Positions 8,791 to 17,983 of a stretch of 64,000 bases of DNA are shown here, one piece after another. The stretch's first letter is position 1. Every line of letters starts with the position of its first letter. The stretch spans positions 50,702 through 114,701 of the IMG/VR virus record IMGVR_UViG_3300048813_000140, one strand, 5' to 3'. The translations under genes were made by a program, and so were the position numbers. Origin of the DNA: a virus. Taxonomy: Duplodnaviria; Heunggongvirae; Uroviricota; Caudoviricetes. The notes under the pieces were generated by a model. It was not told where the DNA came from and did no database searches. It saw nothing but the letters and a program-made list of their open reading frames with translations.

Positions 8791-9078
8791 ACTGATAGGT
8801 CTAAAACGTCCTAATCCTGCTTATAGGGCTGCCTTTCAAGGTTGCCTTTGTCGTTTGTGGTATCTGAGTCAATCGTTGATTTAAAGGCCAATTTGTCCAT
8901 TTTATAGGCCTATGGAGTGGGTAACGGGGAGTGGGTTGACAGCCCTCTCCCTAAAATCGTTTTTCAGAAGTGTTTTTTCTCAAAATCGAATTTTTAGGTG
9001 TATATAGTGGTGACTAAGTTATAGAGCGCGAAGCGTCACACAGCATAGCGCAGCGTAACAAAACTTTACATCTATTTT

Positions 9079-9176
9079 TTTATATCATAAAAAGAACAAA
9101 TAAAAAGAATAAAAAATGACTAAATAACAAAATAAATTGTTTTTTGGCTCAAAATATTAAGAACAAATGAAGAAAA
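9079..9176 (+). repeat. AT-rich intergenic element of about 100 bp, copy 1 (copy 2 is at 28229-28326)
   Basis: Two near-identical blocks: ttatatcataaRaagaacaaataaaaaga and the 46-bp exact match aaataaattgttttttggctcaaaatattaagaacaaatgaagaaa. Confidence 0.6.
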
Positions 9177-9366
9177 ACCCCGATGTCTGTAAAGTTTACA
9201 CTCGCTCAGAAGTTTGACACGCTGCTAACGATATGAATACAGGCCCCTACTGGGTAAAATGGTAAAAACTGTCTATAAGTTCTCCAAAACCCTTTTTTCA
9301 GGTCTCTAATAAAATCAACGCATTGAGTCTGGCACGCTACCTGCATTAGATATCTGTACCCCTTGT

Positions 9367-9405
9367 CCCACAGATAGCTTGGACGGTGATTCTGTGGGTA
9401 TTTTT
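9367..9405 (+). terminator. Hairpin CCCACAGA-N16-TCTGTGGG followed by a T-rich run (terminator- or operator-like)
   Basis: 8-bp perfect inverted repeat followed by tattttta, 30 nt before the ATG at 9434. Confidence 0.35.
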
Positions 9406-9433
9406 AAATAAGGGCCTAACATGGGAGAATTAT

Positions 9434-9862
9434 ATGGGCGTAGATTCAAAACTTGTAATCAATTCTAGATATGGCGTGGGCGAAATACGTAAGCTAATCG
9501 AAGGCTTTGGTTTCAAAACTAAGGCAGACTATCAAGAAGACCACGCTTTTGTAACCGTTTCGTATCCAGGCCTAGACTTTACTACGTGGCTCTATATGGC
9601 TCGCTCTACGGAATATGGCGGACTTGATAGCACAGTGTTGTCATGTCGCATGAATAATCTAAATATTGCCCTCCTTAGACGCATAGCTGACGTTGTGGGC
9701 GGTTTTCTCAACGAAAACGATACAACATCGGATTGGGTAGACTTTCAAGACCCACACAATGGCTACGCACGATTTATTCTGGATCATGTCATTCTAGCAA
9801 AAGGTCTGACCAGTGGCTCAGAATTGGCCAAGAAACTAGTTAAAGCATTGGACTACGAATAA
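9434..9862 (+). CDS. hypothetical protein (142 aa; the track lists 9386)
   Basis: The ATG at 9434 follows a GGGAGAA RBS. Confidence 0.6.
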   Translation: MGVDSKLVINSRYGVGEIRKLIEGFGFKTKADYQEDHAFVTVSYPGLDFTTWLYMARSTEYGGLDSTVLSCRMNNLNIALLRRIADVVGGFLNENDTTSDWVDFQDPHNGYARFILDHVILAKGLTSGSELAKKLVKALDYE

Positions 9863-9878
9863 ACAAAGGGGAGGCAGT

Positions 9879-10466
9879 ATGATCCACAGAATTATTAAGC
9901 AAGCCATTGATAACTCTGGCATTATGTATATTGATGACATAAAAGAATTTGAGCGCATGCGTCCAAATATGCCAACGCCTTACTATAAAGCCATCTATAT
10001 CAACCCAGATATAGTGGAACAAGGTGTGGCAGTGGGCCATAAATTTAATGAATGGGAAAGAACAATGAAAACTGAAATGATAGTTATCAACAATGGCTTG
10101 TATCCCTATTCAGACGCCAAACTTGCCCAGTTATTCTTTCATGAATTGGCCCATGCAACGGGCAGAGAAGGACGACTTAATAGGGTAGGGCATACACAAT
10201 TCTTCAAAGGATCTCCACACATGAGAGAGGAAGAAGAATTGATTGCTGAGATAGCTAGTGGATTATTGATGGAGCATTTTGGTTTGGCTACCAAGGAAAC
10301 TAGAGTAAGTAATCAAGAATACTTAGAATTTCAACTAATGTGGATACCCACTTCATTGCTTACAGAACTAATGGCAACGACCAATAGGAGAGCGGGAGAG
10401 GCTACAGCATATATTTTAGATAACTGGATTAAGGAAATCGAATTTTTACAAGAGAAGGCGGCTTAG
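9879..10466 (+). CDS. zincin-like metallopeptidase domain protein (ArdC / MPTase-PolyVal-like)
   Basis: The motif FFHELAHATGREGRLNR matches the HExxHxTGxxxRLxR signature of ArdC-C-terminal-type zincins. RBS GGGGAGG. Confidence 0.6.
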   Translation: MIHRIIKQAIDNSGIMYIDDIKEFERMRPNMPTPYYKAIYINPDIVEQGVAVGHKFNEWERTMKTEMIVINNGLYPYSDAKLAQLFFHELAHATGREGRLNRVGHTQFFKGSPHMREEEELIAEIASGLLMEHFGLATKETRVSNQEYLEFQLMWIPTSLLTELMATTNRRAGEATAYILDNWIKEIEFLQEKAA

Positions 10467-10467
10467 T

Positions 10468-10640
10468 ATGGTACGATTTAATCTGATACTTATTCCATTC
10501 TCATCTAGGGATCTCTATACGCTAATAGATGGCGAGATAGATAAAGCATTTAGAGAGTACTTTTTCTTTGGCATAAGAATTGCAAGACTATCTAAGAATT
10601 TTGAGTTTCAATTTGCGAAACTAGGAAGTGGGCTAAAATG
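10468..10640 (+). CDS. small hypothetical protein (57 aa)
   Basis: Tight packing. Translated by hand. Under 60 aa. Confidence 0.3.
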
Positions 10641-10799
10641 AAACGAAGTACGTGGGCTACGTTGATAGTAATATGTATTGGAATGAATACGGTTTGTGCA
10701 ATTCAAGGCATTTTTTTGGATAACTTATGGATAATTTTAGTAAATCTTGCCGCATTACTATTCAATGCTCTTGTAGTTTTGCCAAAATTAATAGATTGA
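10638..10799 (+). CDS. small membrane protein (53 aa, 2 TM)
   Basis: RBS GGAAGTGGG. Hydrophobic throughout. Confidence 0.35.
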   Translation: MKRSTWATLIVICIGMNTVCAIQGIFLDNLWIILVNLAALLFNALVVLPKLID

Positions 10800-10811
10800 A
10801 AAGGAGACGTT

Positions 10812-10952
10812 ATGCAGATCTATTGTATCATTTTGTTAAGTCTTTCTCTAATTGGATTGGTTAACGAGGATGGAGACGATAGGCGCGTTGCCATATTCAT
10901 TAGGGCATTGATATACTTGCCGATCTATGGCAGAATTTTTGGGTGGTGGTGA
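10812..10952 (+). CDS. small membrane protein (46 aa)
   Basis: Strong RBS AAAGGAGACG. The stop overlaps the next start (TGAATG). Confidence 0.35.
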   Translation: MQIYCIILLSLSLIGLVNEDGDDRRVAIFIRALIYLPIYGRIFGWW

Positions 10953-11312
10953 ATGAAACAGGTAGTTTGTATTAAAAATTTTTGCTCACTAAGTAGTACA
11001 ACCTTGGACCTTACACTGGGTAAGGTATACGACGTCGTTAAAGAGCACAACTTAGGCCCTGGTGGATTTTCTGTAATGGTATATGATGTCATCGACGATA
11101 CGGGTAGAATCAATACATATAACCAGCAGTATTTCCAATACAATTTGCAGCCTACAGCGCAACCCTATCCAACAGACTGGCTTGATGCTATGAAGTACAC
11201 AACCCGGAAAATGCCAAATTTTGTAAAGAACATGTGTCAGCACAAATGGACGCATTATGTTGGGATTAGAGAAGAGTACGATTTTTGCAGTATTTGTGAC
11301 TTGAAGAAATAA
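10953..11312 (+). CDS. hypothetical Cys-containing protein (119 aa)
   Basis: ORF track. Coupled to the upstream gene. Confidence 0.6.
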   Translation: MKQVVCIKNFCSLSSTTLDLTLGKVYDVVKEHNLGPGGFSVMVYDVIDDTGRINTYNQQYFQYNLQPTAQPYPTDWLDAMKYTTRKMPNFVKNMCQHKWTHYVGIREEYDFCSICDLKK

Positions 11313-11332
11313 CATCTAACAAAGGAAAGTTT

Positions 11333-11560
11333 ATGAAGTATCTATTGATTGCCCTGGTAGCCTGTATTGGTTGCGCTCAACCACCACCACCCTATTGGAC
11401 TATGACATGGGCATGTGCGACTCAAAGCTGTGCGTACCATATGGGAGCATGGAATGGCGCTGGACAATTCAATCAAGAGAATGATTGTCTCGTTTGGGAG
11501 ACTGCATTTATTAACTCATATCAGGGCGCTACAGTTACGGCCTGTACGCAACACAACTAG
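11333..11560 (+). CDS. small lipoprotein (75 aa; lipobox LVAC)
   Basis: MKYLLIALVACIGCAQ is a signal peptide plus lipobox. RBS AAAGGAAAG. Confidence 0.55.
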   Translation: MKYLLIALVACIGCAQPPPPYWTMTWACATQSCAYHMGAWNGAGQFNQENDCLVWETAFINSYQGATVTACTQHN

Positions 11561-11568
11561 GAGGATAT

Positions 11569-11790
11569 ATGTTAGATCTAAAAAAGATCAACAATAAGGA
11601 AGAGTTGAAGCAGGGAATGGACGTGCTAGTAGTAGGCAGCCATGGCGGTGAGAGTCTAGAGCGCGTTGATTGTATCGACAATGAAGAAATATCGACTGTC
11701 AGTCCATTGAACGGCATACAAAAACGCTTTAAAAAATCAATTAGCGACTACGTACATAATAACGATGTATATGAAGTTAGAAAGAAATAA
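11569..11790 (+). CDS. hypothetical protein (73 aa)
   Basis: RBS TAGGAGGATATATG. Confidence 0.55.
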   Translation: MLDLKKINNKEELKQGMDVLVVGSHGGESLERVDCIDNEEISTVSPLNGIQKRFKKSISDYVHNNDVYEVRKK

Positions 11791-11799
11791 GGAGAATTT

Positions 11800-12189
11800 A
11801 TGAACGAGATTAAGGTTGGAACTATTGTTGTACCACAAGAAGAATTTACCAAATGGATTCAGGCTCTTAGATCTGGAGAGTACAAACAAACTACGGGACA
11901 ATTAAACAATAATGAAGGATTCTGCTGTCTAGGTGTGGCATGTAAAGTATTAATACCACAAGACAAACTGGAACCAGTAAGGCCTGGCAGTGGATATACT
12001 CCTGGCTTTATTGAGGGTAGAGTGCCAGCATATCACCCTAATGCTCCAGCGTGGTTAAGGTTCATAAATTTGGATTCAGGATCATGGTTGGGATTCAATT
12101 TGGCGTACCTAAATGATTGTGAGCATCTTACGTTCGACGAGATAGCGGACTTGCTCGAAGCAGTCTATATTGAGAAAGTCTTATCATGA
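11800..12189 (+). CDS. hypothetical protein, paralog family 1 (129 aa; KWIQALRSG...GFCCLGVAC...TFDEIADLLEAVYIEKVL)
   Basis: RBS AAGGAGAATTTATG. An intact paralog of the split gene at 17984-18402. Confidence 0.65.
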   Translation: MNEIKVGTIVVPQEEFTKWIQALRSGEYKQTTGQLNNNEGFCCLGVACKVLIPQDKLEPVRPGSGYTPGFIEGRVPAYHPNAPAWLRFINLDSGSWLGFNLAYLNDCEHLTFDEIADLLEAVYIEKVLS

Positions 12190-12425
12190 AATATAGCGAA
12201 TTGCTCGAATTTGTATTTAATGCCTACTTTCAAGACAGAAGTACCACGGCGACAATGTATGATATTAAGACAGCGCGACAGCGCGCGACAGGCCCAAACG
12301 ACAGACCGCGACAGCGCGGCGCGGTGGCTATTAAATCCCAGCTTGAGACAAAATGCGTCTCATTTTGGGACGGTTTGGGCTCTGGTTGGGCGCGTGCGAA
12401 AGTACGGGACGACATTATCAATTAG
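12186..12425 (+). CDS. hypothetical protein (79 aa); covers the GC-rich CGCGACAG x4 repeat
   Basis: ATGA overlap. Contains local GC-rich direct repeats and one GTCTC hairpin motif. Coding status uncertain. Confidence 0.35.
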   Translation: MKYSELLEFVFNAYFQDRSTTATMYDIKTARQRATGPNDRPRQRGAVAIKSQLETKCVSFWDGLGSGWARAKVRDDIIN

Positions 12426-12439
12426 TTACGCGCGACTAT

Positions 12440-12658
12440 CCCCAATAGGGATAACTGTCTAACCTTTGCAAGTTGTGCAATAGTTCGACACCACACTAAA
12501 TCATTCGAACTATACGGAAATTCCAGATAGTTCAATTCTCTGCTCAAAAGTTCTACACAATCCCACAAATAGAAACCAATAGATTCAATGCGTTATAATT
12601 GGCACGCGCTCTGCATTAGACTAATACAGAACGCGCTGATGCGGATTAAGGGGAGAAT
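12440..12658 (+). promoter_or_regulatory. Upstream cassette E with a sigma-54-like -24/-12 element (TGGCAC-gcgct-CTGCA at 12600-12615)
   Basis: CAATAGTTCGACA, AGTTCTACACAAT and CAATAGATTCAATGCG blocks lie upstream. The leader is TAGACTAATACAGAACGCG. RBS AAGGGGAGAATATG. Confidence 0.55.
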
Positions 12659-12904
12659 ATGTGCAATTGTAAAAAAGGGTGCTCTAGATGCTGTAATCAT
12701 TACCTAACTGGAACAGGATGGCACAACAAGCCTGTGACCATTGAAGATAAAATATCGAATTTGGATAGCCGTATCGAGATGTTGATAGGAGAGAAAAAGA
12801 ATCTGCTTTTAGAATATAAAAAGTTGGAAATAGCAGAAAAACTTAGAAAAAAAGCATTGAGCAAACTAACAGTAGCAGAAAAAGAAGCTTTAGGTCTAAA
12901 CTAA
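12659..12904 (+). CDS. Cys-rich N-terminus plus coiled-coil protein (81 aa)
   Basis: MCNCKKGCSRCCNH is followed by a heptad-like K/E-rich helix. Confidence 0.55.
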   Translation: MCNCKKGCSRCCNHYLTGTGWHNKPVTIEDKISNLDSRIEMLIGEKKNLLLEYKKLEIAEKLRKKALSKLTVAEKEALGLN

Positions 12905-12995
12905 AACTCCTTGTTGCTGCACAGGAGTGGGACGGTTTCCCCCGACTATCCTGCCCTGTGCGGCTTTTTAAGCAAGGTTAAACGTGGGGAAACTA

Positions 12996-13163
12996 GGAGT
13001 AGTTTATGCCTAATCATTGCAGTAATGATTTGCGAATCAGTGGGAGTAAAGAAGAAATCGCACGATTCTTTAATACTATTAAGAGCGAAGACAAACTAAT
13101 TGGCGCTTATTTGAATGAAAAGATAGGGCATGTAAAAATTATAGGCATATTCGAATCGGTTGA
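12996..13163 (+). CDS. small hypothetical protein (55 aa)
   Basis: RBS ACTAGGAGTAGTTTATG. Under 60 aa. Confidence 0.4.
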
Positions 13164-13394
13164 AGACTAACTTGATAGGAGACAGTGTGGACAAAGACAA
13201 TAGAGAAACGCATCCAGCATATGCTATAACATGCCATTCGTCCTAGAACAGTTCCAAGAGGGTACCACGCGAGTCGTAACGCAGGCCAAAGCAGAGATTG
13301 ACGCTTTCACTATGCATGTAGTGCAGAGCGCAGGATTTGAGGCTTTAAAATCTGGACATATACCAAGTTTATTAGGAGATGTAAAGGGTAAAAA

Positions 13395-13829
13395 ATGAAA
13401 TTCGATCAGAGCAAGCTAGAGATAGTAACGCTAAAGGGCGAAGAGATCACGGACGAATTTTTCGAGCTAACTAATAAATCGGCTGGCACAATCATGTATT
13501 GGATGATAAACAATCGTCCTTGGCTAACCGGCACCGCGATCAAGTACGAGGGCCAATTTATTGCTTGGTCTGTTCACATCATGCCTGAATTAAAGAATGC
13601 TATTGCGGCAGTACCATTAAAATGGAGGCGAGAGATAGCTGTAGATTTCAGCATTATAGTCAACGAATTAAGAAAGAGCGCTCTAGCCTGTACTCATAAC
13701 GCTAGGCATACATCGTACAATGGCAGAGAAGAGTGTCAATCGTGCGGTTGTCACAGAAACTTAGAGTTAGAAGACCAAAGTCCAAATTCATGGAATGAGC
13801 GTAAGGTTTGGTCAGAGTGGAAAGTCTAG
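13395..13829 (+). CDS. hypothetical protein (144 aa)
   Basis: ORF track. RBS AAAGGGTAAAAAATG. Confidence 0.6.
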   Translation: MKFDQSKLEIVTLKGEEITDEFFELTNKSAGTIMYWMINNRPWLTGTAIKYEGQFIAWSVHIMPELKNAIAAVPLKWRREIAVDFSIIVNELRKSALACTHNARHTSYNGREECQSCGCHRNLELEDQSPNSWNERKVWSEWKV

Positions 13830-13978
13830 ACATTGTATAGAAGTTCGACAGCTTGATTTTGTTCATTAATACTGAACATCGTACAAACATTGAACAGGAG
13901 GCTTGCGTCAAGTCCAATTAAATGATGACGCAGGCTGGCATGCCGATTGCTTTATAGTAATGTATCAAGGGAGAGTAT
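13830..13978 (+). promoter_or_regulatory. Upstream cassette F with a sigma-54-like -24/-12 element (TGGCAT-gccga-TTGCT at 13936-13951)
   Basis: GG-N10-GC spacing. The distal block is TAGACATTGTATAGAAGTTCGACA. The leader is TATAGTAATGTATCAAGGGAG. Confidence 0.5.
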
Positions 13979-16063
13979 ATGAAAATTGGAGAACATGACA
14001 ATACATTTGAAACAAATGCCAAAGTTAAATCGCAAGACTTCAGCGTGGGCAATTCAGCTAAGATCATTGGCATCTTGCGCAATCGGCTTTATGAGCACAA
14101 GGTGCGCTCTATGTGCCAAGAGATCATGTGCAATGGCCGTGACGCGCTCAGAGAGATCAAATCAAACAAACGTATTATCGTGTCTATCCCTAACCAAATG
14201 TCTCCCGTATTTAAAGTGAAAGACTTCGGTCCTGGCATTAGCCCAGATCGTATGGCTAACGTATTCATTCGCTATGGTACGTCCACCAAGGACGAGTCCA
14301 ACGAACAAACTGGCGGCCTAGGCATTGGTGCCAAGAGCCCATTCGCCTACACCGACTCATTCACCATTATCTCAATCACAGATGGCAAAAAACGTACATA
14401 TGTAGCACACATAGGCGTGAATAGCCAAGGTCGTCTCGATTTGATATCCACGGATGAGACAGATGAACAAAATGGGACAGAGATTAACGTAGCCGTGAAG
14501 CCTGGAGATCTGAACGAATTTAGGACTTCCATCTATCGCGCAGCTTACTTCTGGAAAGACGAAGAATATCCAGAGTTTAAAGGTATCGTGGCTTCAGATT
14601 TGCCTAAACGATATGTGCCTGGTATCAAAATTGGAAACTTCGAATTAGTAGCATCTATTCCCGACTTCATGGGCGCTAGCTACTATGGAGATAAGTATCT
14701 AGTTATTATTGATGGCATTCTTTATCCAGTCAATGAGAAACTAGCTAGAGAAGTCTCTACGGTTAAGCAGACCTTAGGCATGGCTAAACACATGTGCGTA
14801 CTGCACATTGGTAACGGAGTAGTTGAGGTAGCAGCATCCAGAGAATCTATCGCTGATAGCGAAATGACACGTACAAACTTGGCAGGGGTATCCCTCAAAG
14901 CCCTAAACGATTTAAACGCTTATCTGAAAACTGAATTTTCACTTGTCAAGTCTAACGCCGATTGGATCAAAACATACCACAGACTAAATCAATTGGTTAG
15001 CGTTGATGAGCATGCAGCCTACGGGGATTACAAAATTGTGCGCGGTATGGTAGAATCAAAACTGTTTTCTAAGGTCACTATGACTCGCATTGGATATTCT
15101 AGCTCTCGTCGTGGTGCTACCAAGTTTTACAGAGACGACGCTAACACTATCAATACGGATAATATTGATCAAGTCTTCCTATTAGATAACGTAATGGATT
15201 CAATCATTATCCAAAACAAACGTATTCGCGAATACCTCGAAAAGAACAAAAAGGGTGCCGTAATGCTGTTGAGTCTCAAGGTGTTACCTGACATCTTAGA
15301 CCAAACAACTAAGAAGGTGGTAAGCCCCGGTATTACCCAAAAAGAAACACAGACTGCTCTAAATAAGATCGTAAAGGACTTCGGTGCCCAAAACCTATCT
15401 ACGCTACCCTTCACGCCCACAGTGAGAGTGCCAAGGGCCAAGCAAGATCGCACCAAAGAGATGTTTACTATTCATGAGTGCGATAATAATGGTAAGCATC
15501 CGTTGACTACAACCTTAGCAGATGTAAGTGTCAAGGCACATACTTATCTATATGTAAACCTTAAGGATTACGATAAGTATAAAGATGAGTTTGCTAAAAT
15601 GGACGACTATTTGTACGCTTATCATTATAAGCCATGTGCTCTATCGGATGACTCTATCAAATTGGTACTCAATGGATCTAAGAAATTTGAGACATATGAG
15701 AATTGGAAGAAGAATTTCAATGCTGACTCCAAAACGCTCAAGGCTGCTAAAAATCAGAAGTATAAAAACCATAAGGTAATTGAGATCTTGAAACGTGCAG
15801 ATCAAAAGATTAAATGCAAGCATACTACTAAAATGATTGAGGAATATGATTCTGCAAAAGGTGGACACAATATCAATATCCCAGAACCAATCATCAAATT
15901 GGTTGCTAATGAGATAGCTTCATACATCGAAGACGATAAAAAGTTGACAGAACTAGTCGAAACAGAGTATCCTTTAATTCTGACAGTGAAAGAAGTGTCG
16001 GACTATAGGCTTCAGAAGAAAGACGCAAACGAATTAGTGTTTTATATCAATGCGAAACAATAG
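13979..16063 (+). CDS. GHKL-superfamily ATPase (Hsp90/HtpG- or MORC-like N-terminal Bergerat fold), 694 aa
   Basis: Motifs QEIMCNGRDA (E-x-x-x-N-x-x-D N-box), DFGPGIS (G1 box) and TGGLGIGAKS (G2 box) occur in the order typical of HATPase_c-type ATPases. Confidence 0.75.
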   Translation: MKIGEHDNTFETNAKVKSQDFSVGNSAKIIGILRNRLYEHKVRSMCQEIMCNGRDALREIKSNKRIIVSIPNQMSPVFKVKDFGPGISPDRMANVFIRYGTSTKDESNEQTGGLGIGAKSPFAYTDSFTIISITDGKKRTYVAHIGVNSQGRLDLISTDETDEQNGTEINVAVKPGDLNEFRTSIYRAAYFWKDEEYPEFKGIVASDLPKRYVPGIKIGNFELVASIPDFMGASYYGDKYLVIIDGILYPVNEKLAREVSTVKQTLGMAKHMCVLHIGNGVVEVAASRESIADSEMTRTNLAGVSLKALNDLNAYLKTEFSLVKSNADWIKTYHRLNQLVSVDEHAAYGDYKIVRGMVESKLFSKVTMTRIGYSSSRRGATKFYRDDANTINTDNIDQVFLLDNVMDSIIIQNKRIREYLEKNKKGAVMLLSLKVLPDILDQTTKKVVSPGITQKETQTALNKIVKDFGAQNLSTLPFTPTVRVPRAKQDRTKEMFTIHECDNNGKHPLTTTLADVSVKAHTYLYVNLKDYDKYKDEFAKMDDYLYAYHYKPCALSDDSIKLVLNGSKKFETYENWKKNFNADSKTLKAAKNQKYKNHKVIEILKRADQKIKCKHTTKMIEEYDSAKGGHNINIPEPIIKLVANEIASYIEDDKKLTELVETEYPLILTVKEVSDYRLQKKDANELVFYINAKQ

Positions 16064-16071
16064 GAGAACAT

Positions 16072-17223
16072 ATGAAATTTAAAGTAGGAGATAGAGTTAA
16101 GATCAAGAAGGCCAATTTAGACTCTGCATGGTCCCGCCATCATCCTGGTGAAATTGATACTATAGTTGAAATCGGAGATGGTTACGCTTTATTAGAAGAA
16201 GGGCTCAAAGCTGGTCACGGTGGCGGCGTACATTTGTATGAAATTAAACTAGTCAAGGAGAATAAAATGTCAAAGGTTACATTCTTAAAATTGAACGACT
16301 CAATCACGTTGCATTACAATGGTAAAACCAAAGTAGTAGCCAAAGACGATGAGCGCTTTGGGCGAGTCTTGCAGGCTATTCGCGATAATAACTTGGACTC
16401 TATTCCTAATATCGTTGAGTTAGAGAAACCTTTGCTACAGCAAGGCGTCGAAGTAGACGATGGCTTGGTTACGGTCAATGGGGAAGCAATGCCCGCAGAA
16501 CTAAATGCTCGTATCGTTGAGTATTCTAAAGAGAAACTCCCGTTCGAATCGCTCAAACTGTTTTGGGATAACCTTAGCCAAAACCCAAGCTTCAACTCTC
16601 GTAAGCGGTTGTTTAAGTTCTTGGAAAACAAAGGACATTCCATTACAGAGGATGGACACTTCATTGGTTATCGCGGCGTAACGGAAGACTTCAAAGACAG
16701 GCACACAAAGAAGTTTGATAACAAGCCTGGCTCAGTATGTGAAGTGCCACGAACTAGCGTTGACGATAATCCTAACAATACATGCTCTTATGGCCTACAT
16801 GTTGGCGGTTATGAATACGCCAAGGACTTCGGTAAAGACGGCAAGCTTGTCATGGTAAAGGTCCACCCAAAAGACGTGGTGGCCGTTCCCAACGACTATA
16901 ATGGCCAAAAGATGCGTGTGTGTCGGTTTGAAGTACTTCGTGAAGCTGAAGGCATACTGGAGAGTCCTGTGGTGGGTAGCAAGGGAGAAAAGAAATCATT
17001 CCCTGAAATCGCAAAAGCTATTGGTAAGGTAATTACGTACTCCGATGCTAAAGTTGTTGTCAATGGCAAAGAAGTGACTTCATTTTGGGAAGACGCGGAA
17101 GCCTTAATGAAAACAGCGCGTCGCGTACCCAACTATGCGAATAACCACAACAAACGCGATAAGTTTGGAAAGTTTGCATCCAAAAAGAAATCGGCTAAGG
17201 CTGCGAAAAGGAGCAGAAAATGA
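16072..17223 (+). CDS. hypothetical protein (383 aa) with an N-terminal KOW/SH3-like 'KVGDRVKIK' domain and a basic C-terminal tail
   Basis: RBS TAGGAGAACATATG. The N-domain is paralogous to the two repeats in gene 24240-25118. The central region has a weak R(YRG)...S(CSY)...E-x-E(EAE) pattern reminiscent of R-S-E ADP-ribosyltransferases (speculative). Confidence 0.7.
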   Translation: MKFKVGDRVKIKKANLDSAWSRHHPGEIDTIVEIGDGYALLEEGLKAGHGGGVHLYEIKLVKENKMSKVTFLKLNDSITLHYNGKTKVVAKDDERFGRVLQAIRDNNLDSIPNIVELEKPLLQQGVEVDDGLVTVNGEAMPAELNARIVEYSKEKLPFESLKLFWDNLSQNPSFNSRKRLFKFLENKGHSITEDGHFIGYRGVTEDFKDRHTKKFDNKPGSVCEVPRTSVDDNPNNTCSYGLHVGGYEYAKDFGKDGKLVMVKVHPKDVVAVPNDYNGQKMRVCRFEVLREAEGILESPVVGSKGEKKSFPEIAKAIGKVITYSDAKVVVNGKEVTSFWEDAEALMKTARRVPNYANNHNKRDKFGKFASKKKSAKAAKRSRK

Positions 17224-17507
17224 GCACTCTAGTGATCAAAAGGTACCAAAATCGTAAGCTATATAATACGGAAACCTCTAGCTACGTGACATTGAAGGAC
17301 ATTGCAGTACAGGTTGGACTCGGAAGAAACGTGCAAGTGATTGAGGCTAAGACTGGCGATGAAATAACGGGATCTATTTTGCTTAGGGCAATCGTAGAAT
17401 ATGAAGTCGACGAACTCAATTCAAAGGCTCCTATGTTCGTCGATATCATTAAGGCCGGTGGAATAGCCAATTATGTAGATAAAGTTAAGACACCTATCTA
17501 TGGCTAG
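17220..17507 (+). CDS. PhaR-like DNA-binding protein (PHB/PHA accumulation regulator N-terminal domain)
   Basis: RYQNRKLYNTETSSYVTLKDIAVQVGLGRNVQVIEAKTGDEITGSILLRAIVEYE closely follows the PhaR N-domain consensus (KKYPNRRLYDTETSSYITLEDI...V.D.KTGEDLT..IL.QII.E). Confidence 0.7.
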   Translation: MSTLVIKRYQNRKLYNTETSSYVTLKDIAVQVGLGRNVQVIEAKTGDEITGSILLRAIVEYEVDELNSKAPMFVDIIKAGGIANYVDKVKTPIYG

Positions 17508-17515
17508 GAGATAAA

Positions 17516-17668
17516 ATGGGATTCTTAAGTGCAAATTTAATAGCCTTGTTCAATTTGATATTGGGACTCTTTGTATTCCCCAGTCTCAGTACCTTTAAGA
17601 CCAAGGCTTATTTGCTGACTTTTCAAATAGCTCTATTTTTGCTGCAATTATATTGCATGTTAATGTGA
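17516..17668 (+). CDS. small membrane protein (50 aa)
   Basis: RBS TAGGAGATAAAATGGGA. Two hydrophobic segments. Confidence 0.35.
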   Translation: MGFLSANLIALFNLILGLFVFPSLSTFKTKAYLLTFQIALFLLQLYCMLM

Positions 17669-17677
17669 AAGGACTAT

Positions 17678-17974
17678 ATGGCTAAAATTACTAAACAATT
17701 TGATGAAATTGAACTGTTGAGTGGTAAAGTTGTGAATCTCAGCATTACAGTTACGGGCGAACATGAAACTAATCATGGTGCCGACGCCGCTGGCGCAAAA
17801 GGAATGGGCATTTGGCTTAAAGAATCGTGGAGTCATAAAGTTGACTGCGATGACGAATTAGAGGATGCCGACCTGGAAGAGATTTCCGATAAGGTAGAAG
17901 AGTTGGTTCAATCTGAGTCATGGGATTTTGATGACGCAGAGCAAGAAATTGAATTTGAAAACGAATACGACTAA
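17678..17974 (+). CDS. highly acidic small protein (98 aa; the C-terminal 45 aa are about 50% D/E)
   Basis: RBS AAAGGACTATATG. A DNA-mimic-like composition (inference only). Confidence 0.6.
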   Translation: MAKITKQFDEIELLSGKVVNLSITVTGEHETNHGADAAGAKGMGIWLKESWSHKVDCDDELEDADLEEISDKVEELVQSESWDFDDAEQEIEFENEYD

Positions 17975-17983
17975 GGAGAATTT

